Source of the DNA: an uncultured Verrucomicrobiae bacterium
GTDB lineage: Bacteria > Verrucomicrobiota > Verrucomicrobiia > Limisphaerales > JAFGQR01
Assembly (NCBI GenBank): GCA_963788655.1
Contig: CAWBHS010000099.1
Span: 64,001-128,000, forward strand
Direction: 5' to 3'
DNA length: 64,000 bases
Shown here piece after piece: positions 1-9,945 of the stretch; position 1 is the stretch's first letter; every line of letters starts with the position of its first letter. The position numbers were made by a program, and so were the translations under genes. The notes below the pieces were generated by a model, which had not been told where the DNA came from, did no database searches, and saw nothing but the letters and a program-made list of their open reading frames with translations.

Positions 1-529
1 AGCGCCGCCCAATTTGAACGGGCCATTCGCCAATTTAAGGCTTGGGGAGTGTCCATTTCGAATGGACAGTTGAAAGACGCCTTGTATGGGACGCGGGTGT
101 TGTCGTCGCGCCAGTACCGATTCGATGGTCAAGTTGCTGAGCATTTTTGCGCAACACCTGTCGATGGCCAGCAACCAAATCATCATGCAGCAAGAGCATG
201 CCGAACCTCCGATCATCACCAAGGCCAAGGCGTTTATCCAAGAACATCAGGCCGATGATATTTCGTTGGGAGCGGTGGCCAAATCGGTGAACACCAGCAC
301 CTTCTATTTCTGCAAGATGTTCAAGAAAGTCACCGGCCTGAACTTCACGAACTACCTCTCACGGGTGCGCATCGAGAAGGCAAAGAATCTGTTGCTGAAT
401 CCCAACCTACGCATCAGTGAAATCGCCTTCGAGGTCGGCTTCCAGTCGCTTACGCACTTCAACCGCGTTTTCAAGAAAGTCATTGGGCAGTCTCCTACCC
501 AATACCGTAGTCAGCTTTCGGTCAGTTGA
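1..529 (+). CDS. AraC-family transcriptional regulator (probably PocR-type sensor + HTH); 5' partial, +1 frameshift at ~117-118 as sequenced
   Basis: C-terminal AraC double HTH (ISLGAVAKSVNTSTFYFCKMFKK...ISEIAFEVGFQSLTHFNRVFKKVIGQSPTQYR). Frame 1 (SAAQFERAIRQFKAWG...TRVLSSRQY) joins frame 2 (DSMVKLLSIFAQHL) if one C of TACC is removed. Confidence 0.85.
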
Positions 530-535
530 ATTGCT

Positions 536-2353
536 TCAGACGTTGGCCAGACGCTGTCGCAGCGCTTCAAGTTCCTGGCGCAGCCCCGCTGGCAAGGCGT
601 CGCCGAATTTATCGTAGTAAGCACTGATGTTGTCGGCTTCCTCTTTCCATCCCGCGGCATCCACCGACAACAGATCCTTGACGTCTTCAGGCGACAGGTT
701 CAATCCCGACAGATCCAGGGCTTCCGGGGTCGGGAGATTCCCGATGGGCGTCACTTGTGCCTGGCCCACACCGGCCACGCGTTCACAAATCCACTTCAGC
801 ACGCGGCTGTTTTCGCCGTAGCCGGGCCACAACCATTTGCCGCGGTCATTGCGACGGAACCAATTGACAAAAAACACTCGGGGCAACTTGCTCCGGTCGG
901 TTTTCTCCGGCAACGAAAGCCAATGGGCGAAGTAATGGCCCATGTTGTAGCCGCAGAAGGGCAACATGGCAAACGGATCGCGCCGCATCACACCCGATTG
1001 GCCAATGGCCGCAGCGGTGGTTTCCGAACCGGCTCCAGAGCCCAAGAACACGCCATGTTCCCAGTTGAATGCTTCATTGACCAATGGAACGGTCCCGGCC
1101 CGGCGACCGCCGAAAAGGATCGCGGACAGCGGCACGCCTTCCGGTTTTTCCCAGTCCGGATCAATGACCGGGCACTGGGCCGCGGGCGCGGTAAAGCGGG
1201 AATTGGGATGCGCGGCTTTGCGTCCACAGTCCGGAGTCCATTCGTTGCCCTGCCAATCGACCAGCTTGGGTGGCGCTTCCACGCCCATGTCTTCCCACCA
1301 CACATCGCCTTCGGGCGTGAGCGCCACGTTGGTGAAAATGCTGTTGCGGGCAAACGTGGCGACCGCGTTTGGATTGGACTTGTCGGAAGTGCCGGGCGCC
1401 ACGCCAAAGAAGCCGGCTTCCGGATTGATGGCATACAGCCGGCCATCCTCTCCGAGGCGAATCCAGGCAATGTCGTCGCCCAGGCACTGCACTTTCCAAC
1501 CGGGCAGCGAAGGCTGCATCATGGCGAGATTGGTTTTGCCGCAGGCGCTGGGGAATGCCGCCGAGACATAATATTTTTTTCCCTCCGGTGAAGTCAGCCC
1601 CAGAATGAGCATGTGTTCCGCCAGCCAACCTTCCCGGCGGGCGACCACCGAAGCAATCCGCAACGCCAGACATTTCTTGCCCAACAGGGCATTGCCGCCG
1701 TAGCCGGAGCCGTAAGACCATATCGAAGGATCGTCGGGAAAATGTACGATGTATTTCTTTTCCGGATCCGGTTCGCACGGCCAAGCCACATCCGCTTGTC
1801 CAGGTTGAAGCGGCGCCCCCACCGAGTGCATGCATGGGATGAACGAGCCGTTTCCCAGGACATCCAGCACGCTTTGCCCCATACGGGTCATAATCCGCAT
1901 GTTGCACACCACGTACGGCGAGTCGGTGATTTCGATGCCGATCTTGGCAATGGGCGCATGCAAGGGGCCCATGCTGAAGGGGATGATATACATCGTGCGG
2001 CCCGTCATGGAGCCTTGGAACAGCCCGCGCAGGTGTTTGCGCATTTGTTCCGGTTCGGTCCAATTGTTGGTGGGGCCAGCCTCTTCCGGTGTTCGCGCGC
2101 AAATAAACGTGCGTTTTTCAACCCGCGCGACGTCGCTGGGATGGGAGCGGGCCAGGAAACAGCCAGGACGCAATTCCGGATTGAGACGGGTAAAGGTTCC
2201 GCTCTTCACCATCAAATCGCACAGCCGGTCATATTCTTCTTCGGAGCCATCACACCAATGGACGTTGGCGGGTTGACACAATTGGACCATTTCCTCAACC
2301 CAAGCGAGGAGTTTCGCATTCGTTGTCGGCGCCACAGTTTTGTTTTCGGACAT
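536..2353 (-). CDS. pckG: Phosphoenolpyruvate carboxykinase (GTP)
   Basis: 605 aa with motifs [73 protein letters not shown]. Confidence 0.97.
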   Translation of the reverse strand: MSENKTVAPTTNAKLLAWVEEMVQLCQPANVHWCDGSEEEYDRLCDLMVKSGTFTRLNPELRPGCFLARSHPSDVARVEKRTFICARTPEEAGPTNNWTEPEQMRKHLRGLFQGSMTGRTMYIIPFSMGPLHAPIAKIGIEITDSPYVVCNMRIMTRMGQSVLDVLGNGSFIPCMHSVGAPLQPGQADVAWPCEPDPEKKYIVHFPDDPSIWSYGSGYGGNALLGKKCLALRIASVVARREGWLAEHMLILGLTSPEGKKYYVSAAFPSACGKTNLAMMQPSLPGWKVQCLGDDIAWIRLGEDGRLYAINPEAGFFGVAPGTSDKSNPNAVATFARNSIFTNVALTPEGDVWWEDMGVEAPPKLVDWQGNEWTPDCGRKAAHPNSRFTAPAAQCPVIDPDWEKPEGVPLSAILFGGRRAGTVPLVNEAFNWEHGVFLGSGAGSETTAAAIGQSGVMRRDPFAMLPFCGYNMGHYFAHWLSLPEKTDRSKLPRVFFVNWFRRNDRGKWLWPGYGENSRVLKWICERVAGVGQAQVTPIGNLPTPEALDLSGLNLSPEDVKDLLSVDAAGWKEEADNISAYYDKFGDALPAGLRQELEALRQRLANV

Positions 2354-2623
2354 ATTGGCTCAGCGTTTACGGGTAAGTGTTCACCATTAAAAGACCGCCG
2401 TGACACAGTGTCCGCCGGCGGTCGCCGATGTGTTCTACCAAGTTGGTATAACTAGGCTTGAAAGAAAGGAGAATTCCGCCTTTTTGGCGAGTAAAAAATT
2501 CGGAAAATCATTTTACCGTTTCCGTCAACGTGCGATTCCCCGCGAATCAACCGTTTTCCAAATGCCGACAAACCGCAAATCGTGAAAATTCGCGAAGTTC
2601 ATTTCTCCGAAACATGCCCCCAA

Positions 2624-4435
2624 TTACTCCTCGGTAGTAGCCGCCGGTTTGCATTGTGATTGGATTTCGCGAATCAGCTCGAAATTGCAAATCCGCACCT
2701 CCGGTTTGCCCAGGGTGCTGAAGACCAGCTCGTTGTCGGGGCCCACGGAGAGCAGCAAATGATCGGGTTTCAGATTCAGATCTTCAACGCCGCTTTCGCC
2801 AAGGCGCCCCGCGGTGCTTCGCAATAATTCAGTTTGGATCGTCTCCGTGATACGTCCCTCCAGCAGGGCCTGTTCAGCATTGATTCCCTGATGGTACTGC
2901 ATGTCCTGCGCGGCCAACAGTTCATCGGGCCCATTCCAGAAACCCCAGATCGTGATGTAATCGTGGTCTTCCCGCAATACCGGTTTGCCATCCGGCGTGA
3001 GCAAATCTCGGAAACGGTCGTACCGATGGTGATCGGATATCTTGCGCACCGCATCCGTCTTATGGCCGGTCATGTAAATCGCCCGCGGATAGACCGTCTT
3101 CAGCTTGCCCTGACCGATCCGAAACGCATACGCGAATTCCTCAAACGGTGTGTTGTACCCGTGTTGATAAATGTGCTGGGCCTGCTCGCTATCGCCCACC
3201 AGCACGGGCGCGTCGCCCATGCGGGAGATTTTCCAGACCAGGTGGATGTTGTCCTTGGTACGGGTGTAAAACACCTGGTTGCTGGGTGAAAGTGAAGTTT
3301 TGCGCGTGCGTCGCCAACGTTCGGGGAGGAAGTAATTGAACAAGTCGGGGTCACGCCCCACCACCCAAAGCAAGCCGCCGGTGCTTTCCGCATGGCCAAA
3401 AATGTAATCCACGCCCGATACCGTGGTTGCCTTCAGATGGGCGGGCAAAGGTTTGCTGGTCAGCGCCTCGAACCGCTTGGCCATGTGCTGCAGATAATGC
3501 CGTCGATGGACCTTGCGCACCGCCTCCTCATGATCGGGCGTGCGCTCCAGCAATTCATAATCCACCACCGCATAGACGAGTTGACCGTGTTTATCGCGCA
3601 CGAACGTGCGATTATCGGCCTTCGTCCGCACGATGATATGGGCCGGTTTCATATCGACCACGCGATACCCCTTTTGTTCCAGTTCATGATTCACCAGGCT
3701 AGTGGTGCTGGCATAGAACTCCTCGCGCTCCTTCGGATCGAGTTGCCAGAGGTCGGCCACATCGACGATGTCCAACCCTTTGACCCAACCGTACAGGACG
3801 ACGTATTGCCGCAGGATGTCCAATTCGACGCCGGGGGATTGCTTGATTTTGGCCGCGATCTTACTCTCGGAACGCCCCGTTTGCCAGAGCTGAAACCGTT
3901 CGGGCGGTACGTAAATCGCCAGGGGCCGCTGCGTGCGAATGCGAATTCCGCGCGGGCCGGTAGCCCCGGAACGTAGTTCCATCAAGAGCGAAAACTCCTC
4001 GAACGGACTGTTAAACTCGGCGTTGATGAATTTGTTGATCGTCAACGTGTCCACCGGCACCTCTTCCCCCACCCGCGACCATTTCACAACCAAGTGCAGT
4101 CGTTTGCCACGGACGCTGCGGGTGGGCACTTTATACACCACACTGGTTCCCACCAAACGCTCGCGTTTCGCTTCGAACCACTCCCGCGCGTACCAGTTTT
4201 CGGGCAGCAAGTGCTCCCAAAACGGAACCCCGAATTGCGTCAGATAAAGATCCCCGCCATCGCCGGTCTGACAATGGACATAGCCGACATCCAGCAAATT
4301 AACGTAGTTGGCGCCCGGGGGATGGGCCGTTCCGGCAGATATAAACGAAGTCTCCGGCACGATTTGGCCGACTTTCTCCGCGTTACCGAGAGCGGACGCG
4401 ACTGGAGTCACGGATGGATCCGTATCTAATCCCAT
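2624..4435 (-). CDS. Hypothetical protein with two tandem protein-kinase-like (RIO/Kdo-like) domains
   Basis: 603 aa with an internal duplication: LVVKWSR/LVWKISR, FNSPFEEF/YNTPFEEF, PLAIY/PRAIY, DMKPAHII/NLKPDHLL, VDYELL/CNFELI. Confidence 0.7.
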   Translation of the reverse strand: MGLDTDPSVTPVASALGNAEKVGQIVPETSFISAGTAHPPGANYVNLLDVGYVHCQTGDGGDLYLTQFGVPFWEHLLPENWYAREWFEAKRERLVGTSVVYKVPTRSVRGKRLHLVVKWSRVGEEVPVDTLTINKFINAEFNSPFEEFSLLMELRSGATGPRGIRIRTQRPLAIYVPPERFQLWQTGRSESKIAAKIKQSPGVELDILRQYVVLYGWVKGLDIVDVADLWQLDPKEREEFYASTTSLVNHELEQKGYRVVDMKPAHIIVRTKADNRTFVRDKHGQLVYAVVDYELLERTPDHEEAVRKVHRRHYLQHMAKRFEALTSKPLPAHLKATTVSGVDYIFGHAESTGGLLWVVGRDPDLFNYFLPERWRRTRKTSLSPSNQVFYTRTKDNIHLVWKISRMGDAPVLVGDSEQAQHIYQHGYNTPFEEFAYAFRIGQGKLKTVYPRAIYMTGHKTDAVRKISDHHRYDRFRDLLTPDGKPVLREDHDYITIWGFWNGPDELLAAQDMQYHQGINAEQALLEGRITETIQTELLRSTAGRLGESGVEDLNLKPDHLLLSVGPDNELVFSTLGKPEVRICNFELIREIQSQCKPAATTEE

Positions 4436-4584
4436 CTCGCCAGTCTAAATACAGCGTCCACCAGCGCAAGCTACAGTTGCACAAAAACGGTAGAAGCAGG
4501 GCTGGGGCAAATCCGCAGGCCGAAATTCGAACGTAATTGCACCCGAGACGCTTTATTGAGCAGCCATTCACGATGAGAACTGCT

Positions 4585-4632
4585 TTCGGCCTTCGGGTTT
4601 CGGGTTTCTTTCGGATCTCGGACTTCGGATTC
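4585..4632. repeat. Degenerate short tandem repeat (TTCGG-based, ~7-8 nt period)
   Basis: ttcggcc ttcgggt ttcgggt ttct ttcggat ctcggac ttcggat. A complementary-type CCGAA run occurs at ~45256-45300. Confidence 0.55.
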
Positions 4633-5711
4633 TATTTCTTGGCGATTGGCGCCTTGGCTTCTACCCACCGGTCGGTGGCTCCCAACAGGACTTGGCGCAA
4701 TCGTGCCTGCACCCCGGTGATCAGGTCACTCGCTTCGGTTACCGTCAAGTTTTCCAGCATGGCGATTTCATCCGCTTCGAAGCCCTCCAAAAAGTGCAAC
4801 TCGAACACGGCGCGCTCTTTGACTGGCCACGAGGCGGTTACTTCGTGCAGGTAATGGACCAAGTCGTGTTCCATGGCAATGGCATCAGGACTCTCCGTTC
4901 GGCGGTCGGCCACCAGATCGGACAATCGCGCTGTCGTCGGTTCAAGGTTTTCCTCGATAATTCCCAACGGATTCTCCGCGTCGTATCCTTCCACGATCTC
5001 GGCCTCGTCGGCAACCGGTTGGGTTTCGTCCAACGGCACCGATTCCTGGCCTTCCACGCGCAATTGGCGGTATCGGCGCGCCAATTCCTGGCGCAGGAGA
5101 TCAAAGAGCCACAGCCGGTAACTCAACTCCGGCGGTTTGGCTTCCGGATCGGCCAAAGCTTGGCGCACCACTTCGTCAACCGCCGCCTCAGCCGTGATGG
5201 CGCCTTTGGGAACCAGACCGGAAAGATGCGCTCGGGAAAGTTGCCGCTGCACATGGTACAGCAACCGGCCATAGTACCGCTGAATCATCGTCGCCAGCGT
5301 ATCCGCGAGCGACTGGGGGCCTTCGGGATGCGGTTCAGCGGCAAACCGAAACGCGTTGTCCACCGGCACCAGCTCCCGCCGCGCCGCAGGCTTCCAATCC
5401 TGTTCGCGGCGCAACTCCGCTTTCAAGCTCCCCAACTCCCGCAGGAGCGCCGCCACCGCCTTGTCAAACGCGGTGATGGGATCCACCGCGGCCTTGTGAG
5501 TGTGCAGGATGTTTGAAGGTAGGCGTAACGTCAGGGCTACGGTGAAATGCTGCCGTTTGGGATGCCGTTCCAGGCTGACCAATAAGTGGACGGCATCCGG
5601 CGGAAAGTGCTGGAGATGCGTCTCCAATTTGGAAATCTTCTGGTGGATTTTCGACAGCAGTTGTTGGCGGGGACTAACACGTTTCGTGATCAGGTTCCAA
5701 GAGAGCGTCAT
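4632..5711 (-). CDS. HPF/RaiA ribosome-associated domain fused to sigma70 (ECF-like region 2/4) domains
   Basis: N-terminal ~105 aa show an HPF/S30AE pattern (KIHQKISKLETHL...HLLVSLE...FTVALTLRLPSNILH...DPITAFDKAVAALLREL). The C-terminus resembles sigma region 4 (PVKERAVFELHFLEGFEADEIAMLENLT...ARLRQ). Confidence 0.75.
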   Translation of the reverse strand: MTLSWNLITKRVSPRQQLLSKIHQKISKLETHLQHFPPDAVHLLVSLERHPKRQHFTVALTLRLPSNILHTHKAAVDPITAFDKAVAALLRELGSLKAELRREQDWKPAARRELVPVDNAFRFAAEPHPEGPQSLADTLATMIQRYYGRLLYHVQRQLSRAHLSGLVPKGAITAEAAVDEVVRQALADPEAKPPELSYRLWLFDLLRQELARRYRQLRVEGQESVPLDETQPVADEAEIVEGYDAENPLGIIEENLEPTTARLSDLVADRRTESPDAIAMEHDLVHYLHEVTASWPVKERAVFELHFLEGFEADEIAMLENLTVTEASDLITGVQARLRQVLLGATDRWVEAKAPIAKK

Positions 5712-6070
5712 AATTTCAATATCACCTTTGCTCGATCCATTTTGCCCGGAGCCCCAGGGTCCGGCACGGCTTCAGGGTGCAACCGAACACCAGCCTCAAT
5801 TTACCCCCGGACCGGTCGGTGTCGTCGGCCCGGCGCTTCGATTGGCAGCCCATTACTCGTCGCATCCTGCTCAGAACGTTCACCAACTATTCGCGATTGT
5901 CCACGATGGATTGAGTGGAAGCCGGTTCCAGACTTCCGACTGAGGTTGTCGCGAAGGTTGCCCGGCTTGGTGGGATTGTGCCGTCAAACAATCGTCAATT
6001 TTTCTGAAGTCCCCAATCGGGTGCTGCCGGCAAGCAGCCGGACGCACGTGGGAATGGGCAACGGTAAATC

Positions 6071-6216
6071 GCGCCAGCGTTTGGAGCGCGTGGAGCTTGC
6101 TCCCGCTTTCATTGGACGAAGGTGGACCGCAATGAACAGAATCGTTTGCAGGCATCTGGCGGACCTTTTCTCTTCGAAAGCGCCGGCAAGCCGGACGCAC
6201 TCCAAACGCTGCGCGA
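6071..6216. repeat. REP-like inverted doublet (GCGTTTGGAG-type)
   Basis: cgccagcgtttggagcgcgtggagcttgctcccgctttc is paired with the inverted copy gaaagcgccggcaagccggacgcactccaaacgctgcgcg. Confidence 0.65.
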
Positions 6217-6330
6217 GGTGCGGAAACCAACGTGATACGTTCCCCGATACACTCACCGCCTGCCCGTAGAAACGAAGGCGATGAGTGCGCGCGAATATTT
6301 ACCCTCAGTTCGAACGCCAATTGCACGTTC

Positions 6331-6362
6331 GATCTGCCGGCAGGATGCTGGCAGCACGCTGT
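6331..6362. repeat. REP-like palindrome, GTGCTGCCGGC family (right half)
   Basis: gatctgccggcaggatgctggcagcacgct. The same motif occurs at ~11143, 11340, 32148-32391, 34348, 34863 and 35958. Confidence 0.7.
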
Positions 6363-6380
6363 CAGGCCTGCATTTTCCCG

Positions 6381-9300
6381 CTAAAATTCGTAGGCGAACG
6401 AGAGGCCGAGGGTGATGCCCTTGGTGTAAGCGGCATACGTGGCGGAGCCGTTCTTGCCGTAGGTGATTTCGTGTTTCGGATCCAGGAGATTCTTGGCGGA
6501 AAACTTCAACTTCATGTTTCGCCCGAGGCGTTGGGAGATGATGAAGTCCAGGCCGGGAGCCGGTTGCTCGTAGAGGTCCGGGCTGTTTTGGGAGGTAATG
6601 ACCAGCCGCGGCCCGGAGATATTAAACAGGAGCGACGCACTGGTGCCGCTACGCGGATTGTCGTAGCTCAAATCCACATTGGCGATGTAGGGAGATTGGT
6701 CCTCCAACGGGCGGGTGGTGTCATCGATGCGAAATTTGCGCAACGAGTTTTGCTCGTCATCCGGAATGTCTTCCTCCGATTCAATCAGGGTCAGATTGCC
6801 GCCCAAGCTGAAATGACGCAAGCTGCGATGGAGGAATGCCAGTGACTTGCGGGCTTCAAACTCCACCCCATAGACGGTGCCCTTATCGCGGTTCACGTAT
6901 CCAACAAAGTCACCCACCTTGTCCGTGGCGCGCTTTTCAATCAGATCCTTCAGATCCTTGTAGAAAATGCCGACCGAGAATATTTCCCCAGGATTGGGAA
7001 ACCATTCCCAGCGCAAGTCGTAGTTTTTTATTTGCGAGATGCGGAGATCGGCGTTGCCCGTCAGAAACACGTCCAGCACGGGATCGTAACTCTGGATCGG
7101 AGCCAGTTCGCGGAACGAGGGCCGGGCGATGGTTTGGCCATAGTTAAGCCGCAGATTCATATTGGTGCGGAGCGTATAGACCAGCCCGACCGCGGGCAGC
7201 AAATGGGCCTGGTCGAGACTGGAAGGGACATCCTCTCCGCTGGTGCCATTCAAGCCCGGGATGGTACTGCTGGACACCATGTCAATTTGGGTGGTTTCGT
7301 AGCGTGCTCCACCAATGAAACGCAGTCTCCGGCCCACGGGAAGATCCGTCATCAGGTAACCCGCCGTGATGGAGCGATCCCCGCTATAGCGATTGTCGAA
7401 GGGAGCATCCAAATAGGTGTTCCAATCAAACGCATAGGTGGTATTCCGGCTGGTCACGTTGGTCGTGACGGAAGCGATGCCCAAATTGGCGGGGGTCAGA
7501 TACTCGTTCGGATCCGGGTTCGCCAACTTGCTGTCGGGCGATTTATACTGATAGAAACGCTCTTTGAAGTTACGGGTGGATTGGCTGTCAAAGTAACCAA
7601 ACTTGATCTCGCCAGGATTCCAGGACAAGGGACTGAACGGCACCGCCAAGTCGAATTTCAGGTTCAGATTGTTTTCATCCAGGTTACGAAAGAAGCGGCG
7701 GGGAAATTGAGGATCGAGGTTGGCGTCGCCAAAGTTGCCCGAGCGCGCGGCGTAAAAACGCACGTCGGGCTCATCCTGGGTGGTATCGGTCAGGGTGGCC
7801 AGCCAATTGAATTTGACGTTCCTGAAGGGACGGAGTCAGGTCAAACACGTGGCCGCCTTTCAATTGGAACATAGTGAGGTTCCGTTCGATCCACTGCAAC
7901 CGGTCCTCGACCAACTGGTTGCCACCAATCGGATCTCCGGCCGTATGGTCGAAGCCCTGGCGCATGCGGGAACTATCCTCGGCAAATTGATTGTAAAGGA
8001 AGTTGAACCCAATCTCGTGATCATCACTGAGTTGGTAGGCCAGACTGACGGAGCCCGACCAGTTGATCGTCTCCTTGGATTTGGCCTCGGTGTATCCTTT
8101 GATTTGCTCCAGGTCTCCCGGTTCTTTGCTGAAATCGTATTTGTACCGACCGACCTCGCCATTGTCGTAGAACGAATACGAGTGGTTGTAAGGCAGATTG
8201 AAAAAGATGCCCACGGGCCGGCTGAACAGCAGCGCGGTGTCTCCGCCGGACAAAGAAAAGTTATGATTCAGCGGCGACATCGTGGTCGTGGGGCCCAAGG
8301 CCGCCGGACCCAGGATCTTGGTCAAGCGGTCGTTCGCATAATTGTCCTCGAGCAGTCGGGTGCCCTGGGCGGGGTTGGACGTTGTAATCCGAACGGTCTG
8401 CCGGCCGAGGGGAAACCCGATGCGTTTCTCCGCCTCCAGTTCGGGCGGCAATTGTCGGGTGCCATCGTCCATTCCCAGCCAATCGGTGCCCCCGCCCGGA
8501 TAGGTGAGGAAGTTCTTGTTCAGGCTGGCTTGGGTATTATACGAGCCTCCCACCTCGAGGCCAAAGAAGGGCTTTTCGGGAAACGACTTGGTGATGATGT
8601 TGATGTTGCCACCGGTGAAACTGCCCGGTTGATCGGGAGTGAACGTTTTGGTGACTGCCACCCGGTCGATGATCTTGGCGGGAAACATGTCCAGCGACGC
8701 CGAACGCCGGTACGGGTCCGAGGACGGCAGTTCGGCTCCGTTGAGCGTGGCCGCGCTGTAACGGTCGGTCAATCCGCGGATCACCGCATAGCCCTCACTG
8801 GACACCGCGGCGCCGGAGACTTTGCTGACAATCGCCGCGGCATCGGACACGCCCGATTTAGAAATCTGCTCGGAGCTTACCGCTTCCACGCCAGCCGCGG
8901 ACTTGGATCGTTCTTGATATACGGCGGAGATGGTGCTGGGCGGCGGTTTGAAGATGGAGAGCTTCGGCGGCGGAGGGGCGGCGCGCCGGGTGGCTCGTTG
9001 TTCCGTGGTTGGTTTCTTCTCCTGGGCTTCCCCCGACCCGCCTTTGGACTTGCCCCCGGTCTGGCTGCGGGTGTCAGTGAAAAAGGTCTGGCCCACAGCG
9101 GCCGGCGCGTCGGCCGCCACGGCCCGGCGGGTACCGCTGCTGGCTCGCGGGGTGAGGCTTTTGGGCAGTTGGGAACTGGGGGGCGGCGGCGGTGGCGGGC
9201 GCTCCGGTTTCCTGGTGGTTGCCTCTTCAACACGGCGTTTCTTCTCTGAACGTATAAACTTCAGGTAGCGATCCAAAAGTTCCTTACCTTTTTCCGTATG

Positions 9301-9399
9301 CGCCGCCCAGTATAGGACCCCGGCCACCAGAATTACATGAGCCACGATGGAAATGATGATTCCGGTGCGGTCCTTCTTGGATTTCGTCTTACGAGGCAT
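6381..9399 (-). CDS. TonB-dependent outer-membrane receptor with an N-terminal TonB-like anchor and Pro-rich linker (~1005 aa); +1 frameshift at ~7821-7830 as sequenced
   Basis: Plug motifs (VIRGLTDRYSAATLNGAELPS, LDMFPAKIIDRVAVTKTFTPD, GGNINIITKS) lie in 7771..9399. Barrel motifs (TIARPSFRELAP, GNADLRISQIKNYDLRWEWF, KFSAKNLLD, terminal LSFAYEF) lie in 6381..7763. Removing one base near 7821-7830 gives continuous ...LTPSLQ-NVKFNWLATLTDTTQDEPDVRFY. Confidence 0.88.
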
Positions 9400-9492
9400 T
9401 AAAGCTCCAGATTAGAGGGGCATCTGTCCGATTCGGGAACGGCCAGCATTTCAGTCGGTGGCAAGGCGGGACCGGCATTGGCCCGCCGCGCA

Positions 9493-9912
9493 TCATCGCA
9501 AGGCTCCTCCCGTATCGGTGGCCAAACCGACTTTGTTGATGTTGGCCGAAATCAGCACGTCGAGCACATCCATGATCCGCTGGTAGTTGATGGCGCGGTC
9601 TCCGGCCACCACCACATTCAGATCTTCATCTTGCTTGCGGAACTCGACGAGGGTGCGCAGGAGTTGGTCCAGATTCATTTCCACGCCGTTCAGGAAGATC
9701 TTCCCCTGGTTATCGACCGAGACATAGTTCGCTTTCTTGGTCGGTTCTTCCTTCGGATTGGGGGTAGCGGAGGGAAGGCTGATGTTCACTTCATTCACGG
9801 GGGGCGCCGTCGTGATAATGAAAATGACGAGCAACACAAACGCCAGGTCGAGCAACGGCGTGATGTTCAGCTCGTGCATCGTCCCATGTTTGGAGGCGGA
9901 ATACTTTTTCAT
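9493..9912 (-). CDS. exbD: Biopolymer transport protein ExbD/TolR
   Basis: ELNITPLLDLAFVLLVIFIIT transmembrane motif with the conserved Asp; C-terminal VVVAGDRAINYQRIMDVLD. Confidence 0.92.
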   Translation of the reverse strand: MKKYSASKHGTMHELNITPLLDLAFVLLVIFIITTAPPVNEVNISLPSATPNPKEEPTKKANYVSVDNQGKIFLNGVEMNLDQLLRTLVEFRKQDEDLNVVVAGDRAINYQRIMDVLDVLISANINKVGLATDTGGALR

Positions 9913-9945
9913 AAGCCGGAAAGCAAATCGGGAGCCGGGTGGACC

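Noticed and set aside
5984..6256. 90-aa ORF, and similar short ORFs over 32030-32435, 34515-35187 and 49580-50018
   Set aside because: These are translations of REP, MITE or heptamer repeats and lack protein-like features.
7771..7860. Programmed frameshift, or a receptor split into separate plug and barrel genes
   Set aside because: There is no slippery heptamer, the break falls mid-barrel, the downstream ORF has no signal peptide, and the lesion matches four other single-base insertions in the window.
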